Source: Cladosporium halotolerans (taxonomy: Eukaryota). From it: a stretch of DNA of 64,000 bases. The position numbers and the translations under genes were made by a program. Under the pieces are notes generated by a model. It saw only the letters and a list, made by a program, of their open reading frames with translations, did no database searches and was not told where the DNA came from. This document shows, piece by piece, positions 35,547 to 47,236 of this stretch. Each line of letters begins with the position of its first letter. Positions within the stretch are counted from its first letter, which is position 1. Location of the stretch: assembly GCF_011745625.1 (NCBI RefSeq), contig NW_027191458.1, positions 806,001-870,000 on the forward strand, in the 5' to 3' direction.

Positions 35547-37896
35547 ATGGCAGGCCTACTGGAGCGGACTGAAGACAGCCCGCCTGAGTCACCAAGAGCG
35601 AGGCCAATGCCTTCCTCTTCATTGCGCGCTGGATCTACCCTGTCCGGCTCTCCCTCTAGGGCAGTTTCAACAGCGCGCCTTGCAGCGTCGCCTGGATCAC
35701 CTTCTGCGCGTGGACAAATACCGATCGCGAACAATACCGACGCCGAGAGCGATGCACCACTTGCGGGTGCATCAGGCACGTCTGTTCCCGGACCGGGCCC
35801 TTCGTCCTTGTCGCAAGCTCTGAGAGGCTCAATGGGACGTTCACCTCCTAGGTTCGCCAACGCTTCTCAGGCAGACTCATTTCGACAGAGCAGCCCTGGC
35901 CGTCGGCCGCAGGCGGGAGACGTTGGACAGCTAAGCGGGAGCCCTAGACCATCTGAAGATTTGGAAGTGCTGAGGAGACATTTGGTGGGAGGAAGAGGCT
36001 CGCAGCCAAGCTCTTTCAGAACGAACAACGGCTTTCCCATGGGCAAGGATCCAGAACAGCCTGGCGCGGACGAAGCAGACTTCTCGAGCTTGCAGCTGCA
36101 GGGCGGTGACACTACGCGACACATCTATCGCTACGCCGAGAAGAAAGAGAAGGAGCAAGCCGAGGCGGAGGATCGCGAGGCTGGCCGCATGAGGAGGAGT
36201 ATGAGTGTATATCTGCCGAGGGGTGAAGATCAGGACGACGAGATATCGAACATCCAGGTCCCCGGCGGATTCAGAAGGAATCACCTGAAACGTGCGGCCG
36301 GCTCGCCCGCCCCGTCGAGCATCAACCCACGCCGACAGGAATACGGCACACTGGTCGGCGAAGAGCAGGTGAAGCCTGCGCAACCGAAGTTTCTCACCAA
36401 CAACTTCATCGAGTTTCTTACGTTGTATGGCCACTTTGCTGGTGAAGAGTTGGATGAGGACGACGAGGTCCTGGGACCTGACGAATACTTCTCTTCTGAT
36501 GCGTATGACGATGCCACGACCGAAGGCGAGGACCGCCGATCAGAGGATGGCTGGGGTGAGGACTCTGCTCTGCTCACGCCTGGCAAGCGCAAGCGCAAGA
36601 GAAAGACCAGAGAGACCGGCAAGGGCTCACCTATGGGCGCTGCTATGCTTCTCTTGAAGTCCTTCGTTGGAACTGGTGTTCTCTTCCTGCCACGTGCATA
36701 CCTCAACGGTGGCATGGTATTCTCCAACGTGGTCCTCCTCTTGATCGCTATCTTCTCGTACTACTGCTTTATCCTTCTCGTCTCTACGAGGCTGAAGGTC
36801 AAGGCTTCCTTCGGCGATATGGGTGGTCTGATTTACGGCAAGCACTTCCGGAACATGATCAACTTCTCGCTCGTCATATCACAAATCGGCTTTTCGAGTG
36901 CATACATCGTCTTCGTTGGCGAGAACCTGCAAGCTTTCATCGAAGCCGTCTCGCATTGCAAGACATCCATCGACATCAAGTGGGTGATTCTGATGCAGAT
37001 GATGATATTCTTGCCACTATCTCTTTACCGCAACATCAACAACATCCAGAAGATGGCTCTTGCCGCTGACTTGTTCATCCTTCTCGGTCTGGTGTACATC
37101 TACTTCTACGATATCAAGACTATCGCGCACCAAGGCGGTATCAGCGATGTTGAGAGCTTCAACCCGAAGGACTGGACGCTCTTCATTGGAACTGCTATCT
37201 TCACGTTCGAGGGTATTGGCCTCATCATCCCTATCCAAGGTGGCATGAAGGACCCTGGCAAGTTCCCTACAGTGCTTGCTAGCGTCATGGTCATTGTTTC
37301 TGTCTGCATGATCAGCATCGGAACTCTCTCCTACGCCGCATTTGGCAGCCACACGAAGACTGTCGTCCTCTCGAACATGGGCCAGGACAACAAGTTTGTA
37401 AACGGCGTGCAATTCATCTACTCCGTCGCCATTCTACTTTCAACACCGCTGCAGATTTACCCCGCCATTGAGATCACGAGCCAGCAGCTTTTCAGCCGTA
37501 CAGGAAAGTACAACCCCTGGATCAAGTGGAAGAAGAACGTCTTCCGCTTTTTCATGGTCATGCTGTGTGCCATGATCGCTTGGCTCGGTGCCAACGACCT
37601 TGACAAGTTCGTTTCCATCGTTGGATCTTTCGCTTGTATCCCTCTTGTTTACATTTACCCTGTGAGTCCTCCTTGGATTTGTTGAAACTCGCACAAGACT
37701 GACCCACGCCTTTTAGCCCCTCATGCACTACCGCGCCGTCGCAACTCGTCCGTGGCAGCGTGTCACCGACATCATCCTCGTGATCGTCGGCTTCATCGCC
37801 ATGGCTTACACGACCGGCATCACCGCCATCAGCTGGGCTCAAGGCTCGCAGGCTAAGCCGCCAGGCTACTGCGACAAGCTGAAAACCCCGCTCTGA
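35547..37896 (+). CDS. Vacuolar amino-acid transporter of the Avt3/Avt4 type
   Basis: LQLQGGDTTRHIY, VPGGFRRNHL, NFIEFLTLYGHFAGE, LLLKSFVGTGVLFLP, FTFEGIGLIIPI. Intron 37662-37716; last exon PLMHY..GYCD..PL* ends at 37896. Confidence 0.92.
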
Positions 37897-39305
37897 TGAG
37901 CGCAACGAACTGCACGTGTGTACTCGTACGATTACTAGACTACAATGAGATTCTGTGTAAGGATGGGATAAAGTCAGGGATATCGAAATAGATGCGTCGC
38001 TCTCGCTGGGAGCGTAACTAGATTGTTTCTCAACGGATCCTGGGATTGGCAGTGAGCAGTGGTGTTCGCAGCATCCTGACGTGAGATCTGTGCCTGAGGT
38101 TAGCCAATCCTTATTTTGACTTCACTCTGTTCAGACCACTTGACCTTTGCCCCATACTGTGCATCACGAATGGCTCTTGTCAGTCTACTGAGGCAATTGT
38201 TGTCTGTTGTTTGTGGTTCAGACACTTGTCTGTTGTTTGTGATTCAGATGCTTCCGTCAAATCTGGCTGTCCTCTTCGACGGCCGCGAAACTACAGCACC
38301 AGCATTGACGAGTTGTCCCCATTGTAACATGACCAATTGACTTCTCACGAATGCACCAATCACTACTCATCAACGACTGCAAAGACATAGCACAACATTC
38401 TTCTGGCGGTTACCCGTCGGGATGCGGCCCAAGGCCCGACAACAGCCGAAGTCGGATCCCCAGACTCCCTGCAGCAACAACAAGCTCGCTCTCCACCTCC
38501 ACAGTGCGTTTGAACGAGCGATGTCTGACGGCATTACTACTACTTTTCGATGGCACAGACAGTGCTACGAGATTTACAGAATTCAAGGGATGACAATACA
38601 AGCAATTATCGGAGGTTGGGCAGTCAAGGAAGTAGAGAGCCCCGTCATTCGCTAAAAAGATCTCGATCACAGCGACGCCGGGTTAGAGAAGTTCTGCACC
38701 CTCAACGATTCTATACAAATAGCTGAACAAATTCTTTCGACTGCTTCATCGCAAAGAAATAAGATGTTCGTCGCATCTTGCGTAGAACGTCGAAGCTGCG
38801 CTCTGCGTTTAGTTGGCGTGTCACCACGACAGCAATAAAAAGTGGGGCCATATCATCAAGCGGGCATTGTTAAGTGAAGACGGGTCAAAATCGCTCGATG
38901 CAACAACGAATATGCCGGCTTATCGGCTTAGTAGAGTCTCAAGACGTCGCTATCAATCCATTACAAATGACTTACCGACTTTGGAATGCAAGACCCGGTG
39001 TTGCCAGCTGACTCTCTACTCCACGATTTTGGCCGGAATCCATACCGGCCAGGCAAATGAGAAGACGCGAAAAATCCCACCACACAATCCACAAGGCCGC
39101 AATCAATTCCGGCCTCTCTGGTATATCAGCGCGAATTCTTCAGGTCGATTCCGTCGTTCTTTGTCCACACAATCCATCACAGCTTGTTCGCGGGCCCAAA
39201 CAATCGACGTTTGTTGTCCAGAGCACGTGACTTGGCCAAAGCGGACCCACTTCCATAATACTCTCCCTTGCCTCGTCTTCTATCCTTTACTTGCCTTGAT
39301 CGATC

Positions 39306-40825
39306 ATGGCTGCCGTCGACCACAGCAATGTCGCATGCATGCAACATATCGAGGCCGACCCAGCTACGCTGCCGAGGTCCCTCGACCCCTTCACGGTCAC
39401 CATCCACAATGGGTTCATGCCGTTGCAGACACCCCAGACCTCCCTGCCCAAGGCCTTCGACCCTCTGATCCGCTTGTCGGAGCGCATGGCCATCGTCAAG
39501 GAAGATGGCAGCCCGGGCCTGCTCGCTTCGTACCAGTTGGGTCCCACCATCGACTTGAGCGATGCGTTGCCGGACTTGACGGACGAGATCGACAAGTGTG
39601 TCACGCCGGACGGCAAGCCGGACTTGGTTGCTGTCACGGCCATCTTCCGCGACTATTCATTCCTCGCTTCGGCTTATTTGCTCGAGCCGTGTTGGGAGCG
39701 TTGGAGCAAAGACTCCCAGCAGGGTTACGGCCTGGGCAGACAAAGGCTGCCCCGGAACCTCGCTGGACCGCTGGTCAGAGCCGGAAAGCTGTAAGTCCTC
39801 TCACTCACCTCCTCAACCTCAATCGACCGAACCCGACACTAACGCCCACCAGCATCAACATGCCCCCCTTCATGTCCTACGTCGCGTACTCGACCTACAA
39901 CTACCGCTTCGCCAACCCCTCCGTCGGCACCTCCACGTACGAAAACCTCCGCCTCGTGCGCGCCTTCGAGCACGGCCTCGACCCCGCGTCCTCCGAAGCC
40001 GGCTTCGTCCTCACGCACGTCGACATGGTCAAGCACACGCCGTCGCTGATCCGCGGCGCCGTCTCCGCCCTCGACAGCATCTCCGCGCGCGCGCCCGCGC
40101 CCGACGTCAGCGCCGCCCTCCACACCATGCTGTCCGCGATGGCCCGCATCGAGAGCGCCATGGAAGCGATGTGGGCGCACTCGCGGCCCAAGGACTACAT
40201 CTCGTACCGCACGTTCATCTTCGGCATCACGAACCAGAGCATGTTCCCGTCCGGCGTCGTGTACGAGGGCGAGAACGGCGGCGACCCCATGTCGTTCCGC
40301 GGCGAGTCCGGCGCCAACGACTCCATCGTCCCGCTGCTCGACAACCTCCTGCAGATCCCCATGCCGGCCAACCCGCTGACGAGCATCCTGAAGGACTTCC
40401 GGAGCTACCGGCCGAAGCCGCACAGGGAGTTCTTGGAGTACGTCAAGGAGCGCGCGGACGCGGTGGGCGTGCGGGAGTACTGCGTGAAGGACGCCGGGAC
40501 GGCGGTGCTGTATCTGAGGCTGCTGGAGCACGTGCGGAGCTTTAGGTGGAGGCACTGGCTGTTTGCGCGCGAGTATATCATTCGCAGGACGAGCCACCCG
40601 ACGGCTACGGGCGGGAGCCCGATTGTTACTTGGCTGCCGAATCAGCTGTTTGCGGTTATGGATTTGATGTGTGAGGTTTGGGCGGGGCTGAATGAGAGTG
40701 AGAGAGTGGGCGCTGGGAAGGCGGTCAATGAGATGATGGAGAATGTGGAGGACCAGAGGGAGAAGCTTGATAGAGAGGTCGAGAGGTGGTGCAAGGAGCG
40801 TGGGGTTGAGTCGTCGAGGAAGTAG
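39306..40825 (+). CDS. Indoleamine 2,3-dioxygenase, IDO-gamma (IdoC) type
   Basis: Exons 39306-39790 and 39853-40825 (intron GTAAGT..CTAAC..CAG). NGFMP, FRDYSFLASAYLLEP, SEAGFVLTHVDM, FRGESGANDS, FRWRHW (proximal His), TATGGSPIVTWLPNQL. Confidence 0.9.
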
Positions 40826-40858
40826 AGTAGACTCGTCTTGCAGTGTTCATTACCTGTT

Positions 40859-41087
40859 TTCGAATTCTTGCATCATCCCGGACATGACCCTCGGGGATGC
40901 CTTCAAGACAGCCGTCGATAGCTGCTCAGGAATCATTTTTGTCGCGGGGAATCGCACTTCTGCCGCGAACGCCAGAGGACCTGTCCTCCAGAAAGTGAAG
41001 AACGTACTGGACGCGGCGAAGAGGGAAGGCAAGATGTACAGATTCGTTTACTGCACTCCTGGCTGCGGTGCTGTTGCAACAGTTTGA
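40859..41087 (+). pseudogene. Fragment resembling an extended-SDR aldehyde reductase (ARII/Gre2-like NAD(P)-dependent epimerase/dehydratase family)
   Basis: IIPDMTLGDAFKTAVDSCSGIIFVA..VKNVLDAAKREGKMYRFVY resembles the family pattern (I/V)PDM..GAF..AV....GV.HVA..T.NVL.AA......RFVYTSS. The preceding FE residues are one base out of frame. No GxxGxxA start and no YxxxK in frame; stop at 41087. Confidence 0.55.
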
Positions 41088-43202
41088 TTCTGGTATTTCA
41101 GCGATTGACGACTTCCATTAGCTCCGCGTGTTGACTTCACGTGTCGAATCGATTAGAACGAACATCCAGCACAGCTCCACGCAAGCTCCCTGTCGGCCCA
41201 AGATCCTCCGAGCTGAACGCAACAACCTCGTCCCGAACGTCTGTAGGGCGTGTGTGTCGTACTCCAAACTCGGTGCCCGCAGACATCTGCAGCCCTCGTG
41301 TCCAGCGGCGCATTTAGCCTTCGACAGGCTGGCGGCCTTACGCCATTTCCGAGGAATCCGGGAACCATGCAGCAGCGGCAGTCGAGCGTGAAGAAAAAAG
41401 ATGCGCAATCGAAGTCGTAATGCAATTAATCTGGAGGCACAAGGGCTCAGCCTTACCCTCGCGTGTCGGTATTACTTTTGATTAGGGCCCCGCGACGCGA
41501 GCCCTCGTCAGGACTCGCGACTTGAAACACTGTTCGTCTGCTGAAGACGAACGAACGTCGCAGCATTTTCCACGCCCCGGAAATGCAGTCTCTTGGATCG
41601 TGAAGCTTTCACCGGCACGCGTCATCCCCTCACCTAGCGGAGAGGAAGATGGTGCCACACGCAGTAGAGTTCCTGCCGGGATGGCGGTGCCTGACTGATT
41701 ATGATTGCCATGCCTTGCTCCTCCCCCATGGAGTCCCGTCCTCGCGTGCTGCAATCAATCGCGATTAATCGCCCCGAGGTTCCCCGTCCGAGGTTCTAGA
41801 AAAGGCAAGCCGCCAAGCCGGGCCTGAAACGCGGCTCGCGCGCTTGCCCTCGTCGCCCCAACAAGTCGCAGGGCAGGGCGGCGTGCAGGCCCTGGCCGTT
41901 CTGGGCCCTTCGGCAATCGTGATCGACCGCGCAGTGTCGTCGCTATCACCTATCGCGTTATCAGAGTCTGCGCGAACGCGTGCTCCCCCAGAGACATCGT
42001 TTGGCTTTCACCCGTACCGAGCTCTCGCAGCTCTCGCTGCTGGCCCCTATATCCGCGTGGCTTATTGCGATTGCGAGAGAGCTGCCAAGTTGGCTCGGGA
42101 CCCGACCGAGCGAGTCACAGCGCTCGGATTCGAGCAAAAACTCAATGGTGCTGAGGGGGTGCGCTGCTTGAAACGAGAAGGATTCACGTGGGATTGCCCG
42201 CGCCCGGATGCGTGAACAAAGTCTCGACTGGCGGCCACGAGCCGGAGACCGGCAAGCCAAGGCCTGAACGTTACGTGAAATGGGGGCCCATCAAGGTGGC
42301 CAGGGCTTCCCAGAGCCAGCGCCCGGCGCTCAGAGCGGCCAAGGCAGGGATGGGACAGGCACCGCGCGGAGCTTTGCTTGGCCGATGATGCGGTCAGAGG
42401 CGCTGTCGCGGGCGCGCGGGTGGCTGCTTATTGTGGCTGGATGGTGAGGTCACGGGCGTCGCGAGGCGTCACGGATGTTGATGGAGCCGTGCTGCGTTTC
42501 ATGGGTTGGGTTGGGAGAGGAGGGGCGCGAGGGAGCATTGGGAGCAGTGCGAGCAGTAGCAAGCTGGCCGGGTATACCTCAGGCGTGATGATATTGCGCG
42601 TGTGTCAGGTGAGTGGACGGCCGAGGGCTGGACTTTGCAACGGCCAGGTGAGCGTGGGGGCGCGGACGAGGGCTGCGCTGGCCGGTGTGGGATGGGTGCC
42701 TCCTGGTGTGCGTGTGCGTGTGTCGATGAGATAGATACGTACATACCTCGCACTACGCGCACTACCTCACGGTACTATTGCTGCTAGAGGGGACAGACAG
42801 GACCAGACTGGCGGCGCATCCGTGCGGCTGGCGCGGCGATGCACCTTACTGGTGATGGATAGACTGCCTTACCACTGCTGGGCGTTTGTCAGCGCGTGAG
42901 GCCTCTTTTCCGAGTAGCGTGGCCTGGTGAGCGTTGCCGATGGCCTGGAAGCTCCGTGGGTGGAGACGACTCCGCCGGGCGAGGCCTGCAGCGGGTGATG
43001 CCTGAGGCGTGTGGGGGCAGGACTGGTCTCGTCGTCGTCGATGATGCACTGCACCGGCAGCAGCACTGCTGCAGTGTGGTCGATGTGTGTAGGCGACTTA
43101 TACTAGGTAGCATGGACATACCAAGTCGGCGGAGACGCGCCCCCTCCGCCGGCAGGGGTCTCGTGGGCGTGCTTTATGGTGAGGCAAGGCATGGCAGCGA
43201 CG

Positions 43203-43240
43203 GCCAGGCTGCCAGGCTGCCAGGCTCTCAGGCTGCCAGG
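43203..43240 (+). repeat. 8-bp tandem repeat (GCCAGGCT)x3-CTCAGGCT-GCCAGG containing four PacC-consensus GCCARG sites
   Basis: Read directly: GCCAGG at 43203, 43211, 43219 and 43235, about 0.7 kb upstream of the histidine kinase. Confidence 0.8.
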
Positions 43241-43903
43241 GTCACCGCTGAGATCTGGGCTGGACACGGCTGCGCTATGCCCCCGTCGATCGCGGCGCGT
43301 CTAGACCGTCTGCCAGCTGCCTCTAAGCTCCTCCACACCCGCCCGTTCCAGCTCTGAGGGCAGCCACGCACTCACTCCACGCCTGTCGCCCTCGCACTGC
43401 CTGCCTCTCACGCTCTCTCACCTGCCCCTCCCGCCGCGGCTCTGCACGCTCCCTCTAGTCTCCCGTCCACTGCCGTTTGCGCGCCCTCTGCCTCTGTCCA
43501 GTCCGCGCCCAGTCTGCCCGCCGTCCACCACAATACCACCTGCGCCAGCGCACGGTGTCCGCGCCGCCGGATGTAACGGCGCCCTGCATCCTCCCTCCGC
43601 GTCTGTCTCTGCCTTTGCCTTCGCCTCTGCCCGCCTGTGCCCGCCAAACACTCTCCGCGACGCCTGGCGCCACTTATCCCTCCGACCCCACCAGCCTGAC
43701 ATCGCCTTTGTTTGCGCCTTCGCCCTCCGTCTGCCGCCTCACTGACTCTGTCGACGACAATGGCCTGCCCTGTGGAGGGCTAGACCGCGACTGCTCAAAC
43801 ACCCGGATCGCCCGTTGTGCTTCCAGGCCAAGGCATTCCGGGGCCTCTGCTCCTTGCACCCGAAACCAGGAACCGCCAGGCGGGACGGCCGCGACCTGCT
43901 CTG

Positions 43904-46693
43904 ATGACTTCCTCCATCACCCTCACGCGCACCGCAGGCACACCCACCTATCGAGGCGCCGAAAGCGCCCCAATCGCCGCCGCCATGGAGCGCCGAAATA
44001 TCTGCTTCCCACGGCCCGGCACCAAAACCATTCTGGAGAAGGGCTCGCAGGGCTTCCGGGACGAGCTGCGACGGCTGTACGCGACAGACGAGAACGACGC
44101 ACTGGAGAAACTCATCGAACTAAAACAGCACCTTCGCACGCTTCCGAGCGACGACTTCTGGTCAGCCGCCACGGAAGGACTCTCAAATCTTCTGGGCGCC
44201 GAAATCACTTTTGTCATGAAGCGAATGCTTGTCGACGACCACGACTCGGCGGTCGAAATGCCGCCGCTCGGAGAGACTGGATCCTGCTTGATGGCTGCTG
44301 CTTTGCATTACTGCACATTGGATGGCTCCAAGCATACAGTAAAAGAGACTAAATTCCACGCTTACGGCTGCCCCTGCGCGTACATGCGCCACGACAAGGT
44401 CTTCCTCATCCCCGAAGCACTCAACGAGTTCATCACCGACAACCCGAACGAAATGCCATTTCCGGCCGAGGCCTACATCGCGGTCCCGCTTTTCATCGAG
44501 GGAAAATGCGTTGCTCACTTCGGCGCTATGTGGTCAAAACCAGGCGCCGCAAAGCGGACTCTTTCCTGGGCTTTCATCGAAATGATGATGCACTCAATGG
44601 AGGACATGATGGTGCAGCGATTACAGGAAGGCTCGAATTTTGTCCGCCCCCCTCCACCATCCGAGAAGCCAGCAGTCATCCCTCACGACGCCGTCACAAA
44701 AGCTCAGTCATTACGGCCTTACGCTGGAAGTTTATCGCACGAGCTCAGAACGCCCATGCAAGGCGTCGTCGGAATGCTGGATGTCATGTACGCCACCGTG
44801 CGGGAAGCAGTCAACTCACAATCGGACCCCCATTTACGGCAGGTTTTTGCCAACCTTCAGGAAAATATCGAAGTGGTCCAGGACAGCTCGAGGAGAGCTG
44901 TCGAGGCCGCCGACAACGTTGTTCACGCTTACGACATGGACATGAGCGTGCCGGATGCACCCGCAGACCTTCCCACGGACGACATGGCTGAGACAGTATC
45001 ACCTTTTGAATTGCGTTCGGAGGACAGACGGCCTGAGATTCTGGTAGCCGGCAGCAATCTACCTTTAGCGAGACCCAACAAACGAAGACGAGACGACAAC
45101 AGGCAAACGAACAACGCAAGCCCACCCAAAGTTGCACGGTTAGAGGAGGCAGCTTCAATGTGGGAACGTGGTGCGGAGCCTAGCCGGGAAATGAAACAGG
45201 GCGTGCACGAAGCCGAAGAGGTGCAAGCTCAGGCACAGCCGAACGTGGCACCCGCGTATCAGGCGGTTCAGGAGATTGTGTATCCGAACAGAGTGGTTGC
45301 GCCTGGACTGCGACACGCGCACATTCGGGAGGTCTTGCAATATGTTATCAACGAAGGACTGAAAGTTGGTGGAAGACCCGACTCGGCGATGGCCCAGGAA
45401 ACCGACTTTGGCGAAATCATCGAGGTGCGAACGAGAGGCTCCGACGGGACCGCGAGCAGGAAAATCATCGAGTGGAATGTGGACCCCAACCTTCCAGAGA
45501 CGGTGTTTGTCGACGAGAAAGACCTCAGCAAATTGGTGTCGTGCGTTTTTCTGAACGCCATCAAATTTACGGATCAGCACGACGGCCACGTTGGATTGCA
45601 CGCCAGGATGAGCTCGAAAGGAAAGTACGTTTCTATCAGGGTTACAGACAACGGTCCCGGAATTCCAGCGGCATTCCTCCCGAGACTCTTCAAGGCTTTT
45701 TCTCAGCAGAACGGATCACTCACACGATCGAGCGAGGGTCTGGGTTTGGGTCTCATGGTGGCGAAGGGAATTGCGAGGAAGCTTGGTGGCGATTTGATGT
45801 GCATTCGGGCGGACACGGGAAGGCAGAATCATGGCAGCGAGTTCGAGATCAGGATCCCTCTCAACCCGGGCGAGATCGTCAGCAGGCCGGTATCGCCCTT
45901 TGGATCTCCTTTGCCGCGCCGCGCCAACCTCGCAAACGTTGTGGCCAATTCGGATGTCCCCGTAAACCCGTTACTGCCACCACCTCGCACCAGCAGCCCT
46001 TGGAGAACTTTCGATGCTCTACAGCAGGTAGTTTCTGAGGACACGCATGGCTGCTCTTCCATGGTCAACTCATCGCCTTCTTCTACGCCATCTCCTAAGA
46101 CTTACCCAACACTACTTCCGACACCACAACTTCTCTCGCAGAGCTCCCGAAGTTCCACATCGCCACCATTCACACCTCATCAGGCCGCCGCCGCCGCCGC
46201 CAAACGCCGGCCTCGCATCCGCAAGTCTGTCTCGAATCCGGAAATCGACATCAACCTTGCCACCAAGTACCCGCTCACTTTCCTCGTGGCCGAAGACAAC
46301 AAGATAAACCGCAAGCTCCTCGTCAGCATGCTTTCCAAATTCGGCTACCGCACCATCTTCGAGGCCCACGACGGCGCCGAGGCCGTGCGCCAGATGTCCC
46401 TTCCCCGATCTCACAAGGACAAAATCGACGTCGTCCTGATGGACCTCTGGATGCCTCTCATGGACGGCTACGAAGCCACCGAGCGCATCCTCGACATGCA
46501 CCACAAGAACCAGGGCGGCATCAACGGCGCCGCCGCCCACGGACCCACCGTTCTGGCTGTGACTGCGGACGTGACGGATGGCGCTCTCGAGCGCGCGGCC
46601 AGGGTGGGCATGAAGGGCTTCATGACGAAGCCGTACAAGTTGATGGATTTGCAGCGTTTGATCACGGAGTATTGCACCCGCAGCCAGGCTTGA
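43904..46693 (+). CDS. Hybrid two-component histidine kinase (GAF-like sensor, HisKA, HATPase, receiver)
   Basis: H-box SLSHELRTPMQGVVGMLD; N-box FLNAIKFT; DNGPGI, LFKAF, GLGLGL; receiver VAEDNKIN..LMDLWMPLMDG..VTA..KP. The N-terminal FHAYGCPC..AYIAVPLF..VAHFG is GAF-like. Start ATG 43904 or 43986. Confidence 0.92.
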   Translation: MTSSITLTRTAGTPTYRGAESAPIAAAMERRNICFPRPGTKTILEKGSQGFRDELRRLYATDENDALEKLIELKQHLRTLPSDDFWSAATEGLSNLLGAEITFVMKRMLVDDHDSAVEMPPLGETGSCLMAAALHYCTLDGSKHTVKETKFHAYGCPCAYMRHDKVFLIPEALNEFITDNPNEMPFPAEAYIAVPLFIEGKCVAHFGAMWSKPGAAKRTLSWAFIEMMMHSMEDMMVQRLQEGSNFVRPPPPSEKPAVIPHDAVTKAQSLRPYAGSLSHELRTPMQGVVGMLDVMYATVREAVNSQSDPHLRQVFANLQENIEVVQDSSRRAVEAADNVVHAYDMDMSVPDAPADLPTDDMAETVSPFELRSEDRRPEILVAGSNLPLARPNKRRRDDNRQTNNASPPKVARLEEAASMWERGAEPSREMKQGVHEAEEVQAQAQPNVAPAYQAVQEIVYPNRVVAPGLRHAHIREVLQYVINEGLKVGGRPDSAMAQETDFGEIIEVRTRGSDGTASRKIIEWNVDPNLPETVFVDEKDLSKLVSCVFLNAIKFTDQHDGHVGLHARMSSKGKYVSIRVTDNGPGIPAAFLPRLFKAFSQQNGSLTRSSEGLGLGLMVAKGIARKLGGDLMCIRADTGRQNHGSEFEIRIPLNPGEIVSRPVSPFGSPLPRRANLANVVANSDVPVNPLLPPPRTSSPWRTFDALQQVVSEDTHGCSSMVNSSPSSTPSPKTYPTLLPTPQLLSQSSRSSTSPPFTPHQAAAAAAKRRPRIRKSVSNPEIDINLATKYPLTFLVAEDNKINRKLLVSMLSKFGYRTIFEAHDGAEAVRQMSLPRSHKDKIDVVLMDLWMPLMDGYEATERILDMHHKNQGGINGAAAHGPTVLAVTADVTDGALERAARVGMKGFMTKPYKLMDLQRLITEYCTRSQA

Positions 46694-47236
46694 GCTGGGG
46701 GTTTCGTAGATTTACCGCATCGGAATTACTTAATGGGGGGAAATTTTCTGATCTTGGGACGAGGATGACTTTTATTATACCAACACAGTTTTTCTGGCAA
46801 AGATGGGGCCTGCCGGAATGGGATGGGATGGGATGGATGGATACACGATTGGCAAAACGATACCACTACGCCCAAACGCGCGACGTTTGGGCGATATGCA
46901 TGCACATGAGATGTTTACCTATTTAATACACACATTCTTCTCGTGTCGATACAGCTGTGGCGTCTCACTTCTCCCAATTGCACATGCTCCTCCGCGCTCA
47001 TCATGATCATCGTCATCCCGGTAAGGCTGCCAACGTCAGCGCTGATCTCACGCGACACGCGCAGCGCAGCCAGGCCAAACTTCGGTCCCGGACCCTGGAA
47101 AGTCGGACGTAACACCAGCGCAGGCAGGAGGTTTCCAAGTACCCTCTCAACCTCCCAATCCCCAATGCGCCTCTTCTCCTAATAATAATAATCCACCGCC
47201 CACCCACACTCGCTCCAAACGCCCCTCACAACCAAC

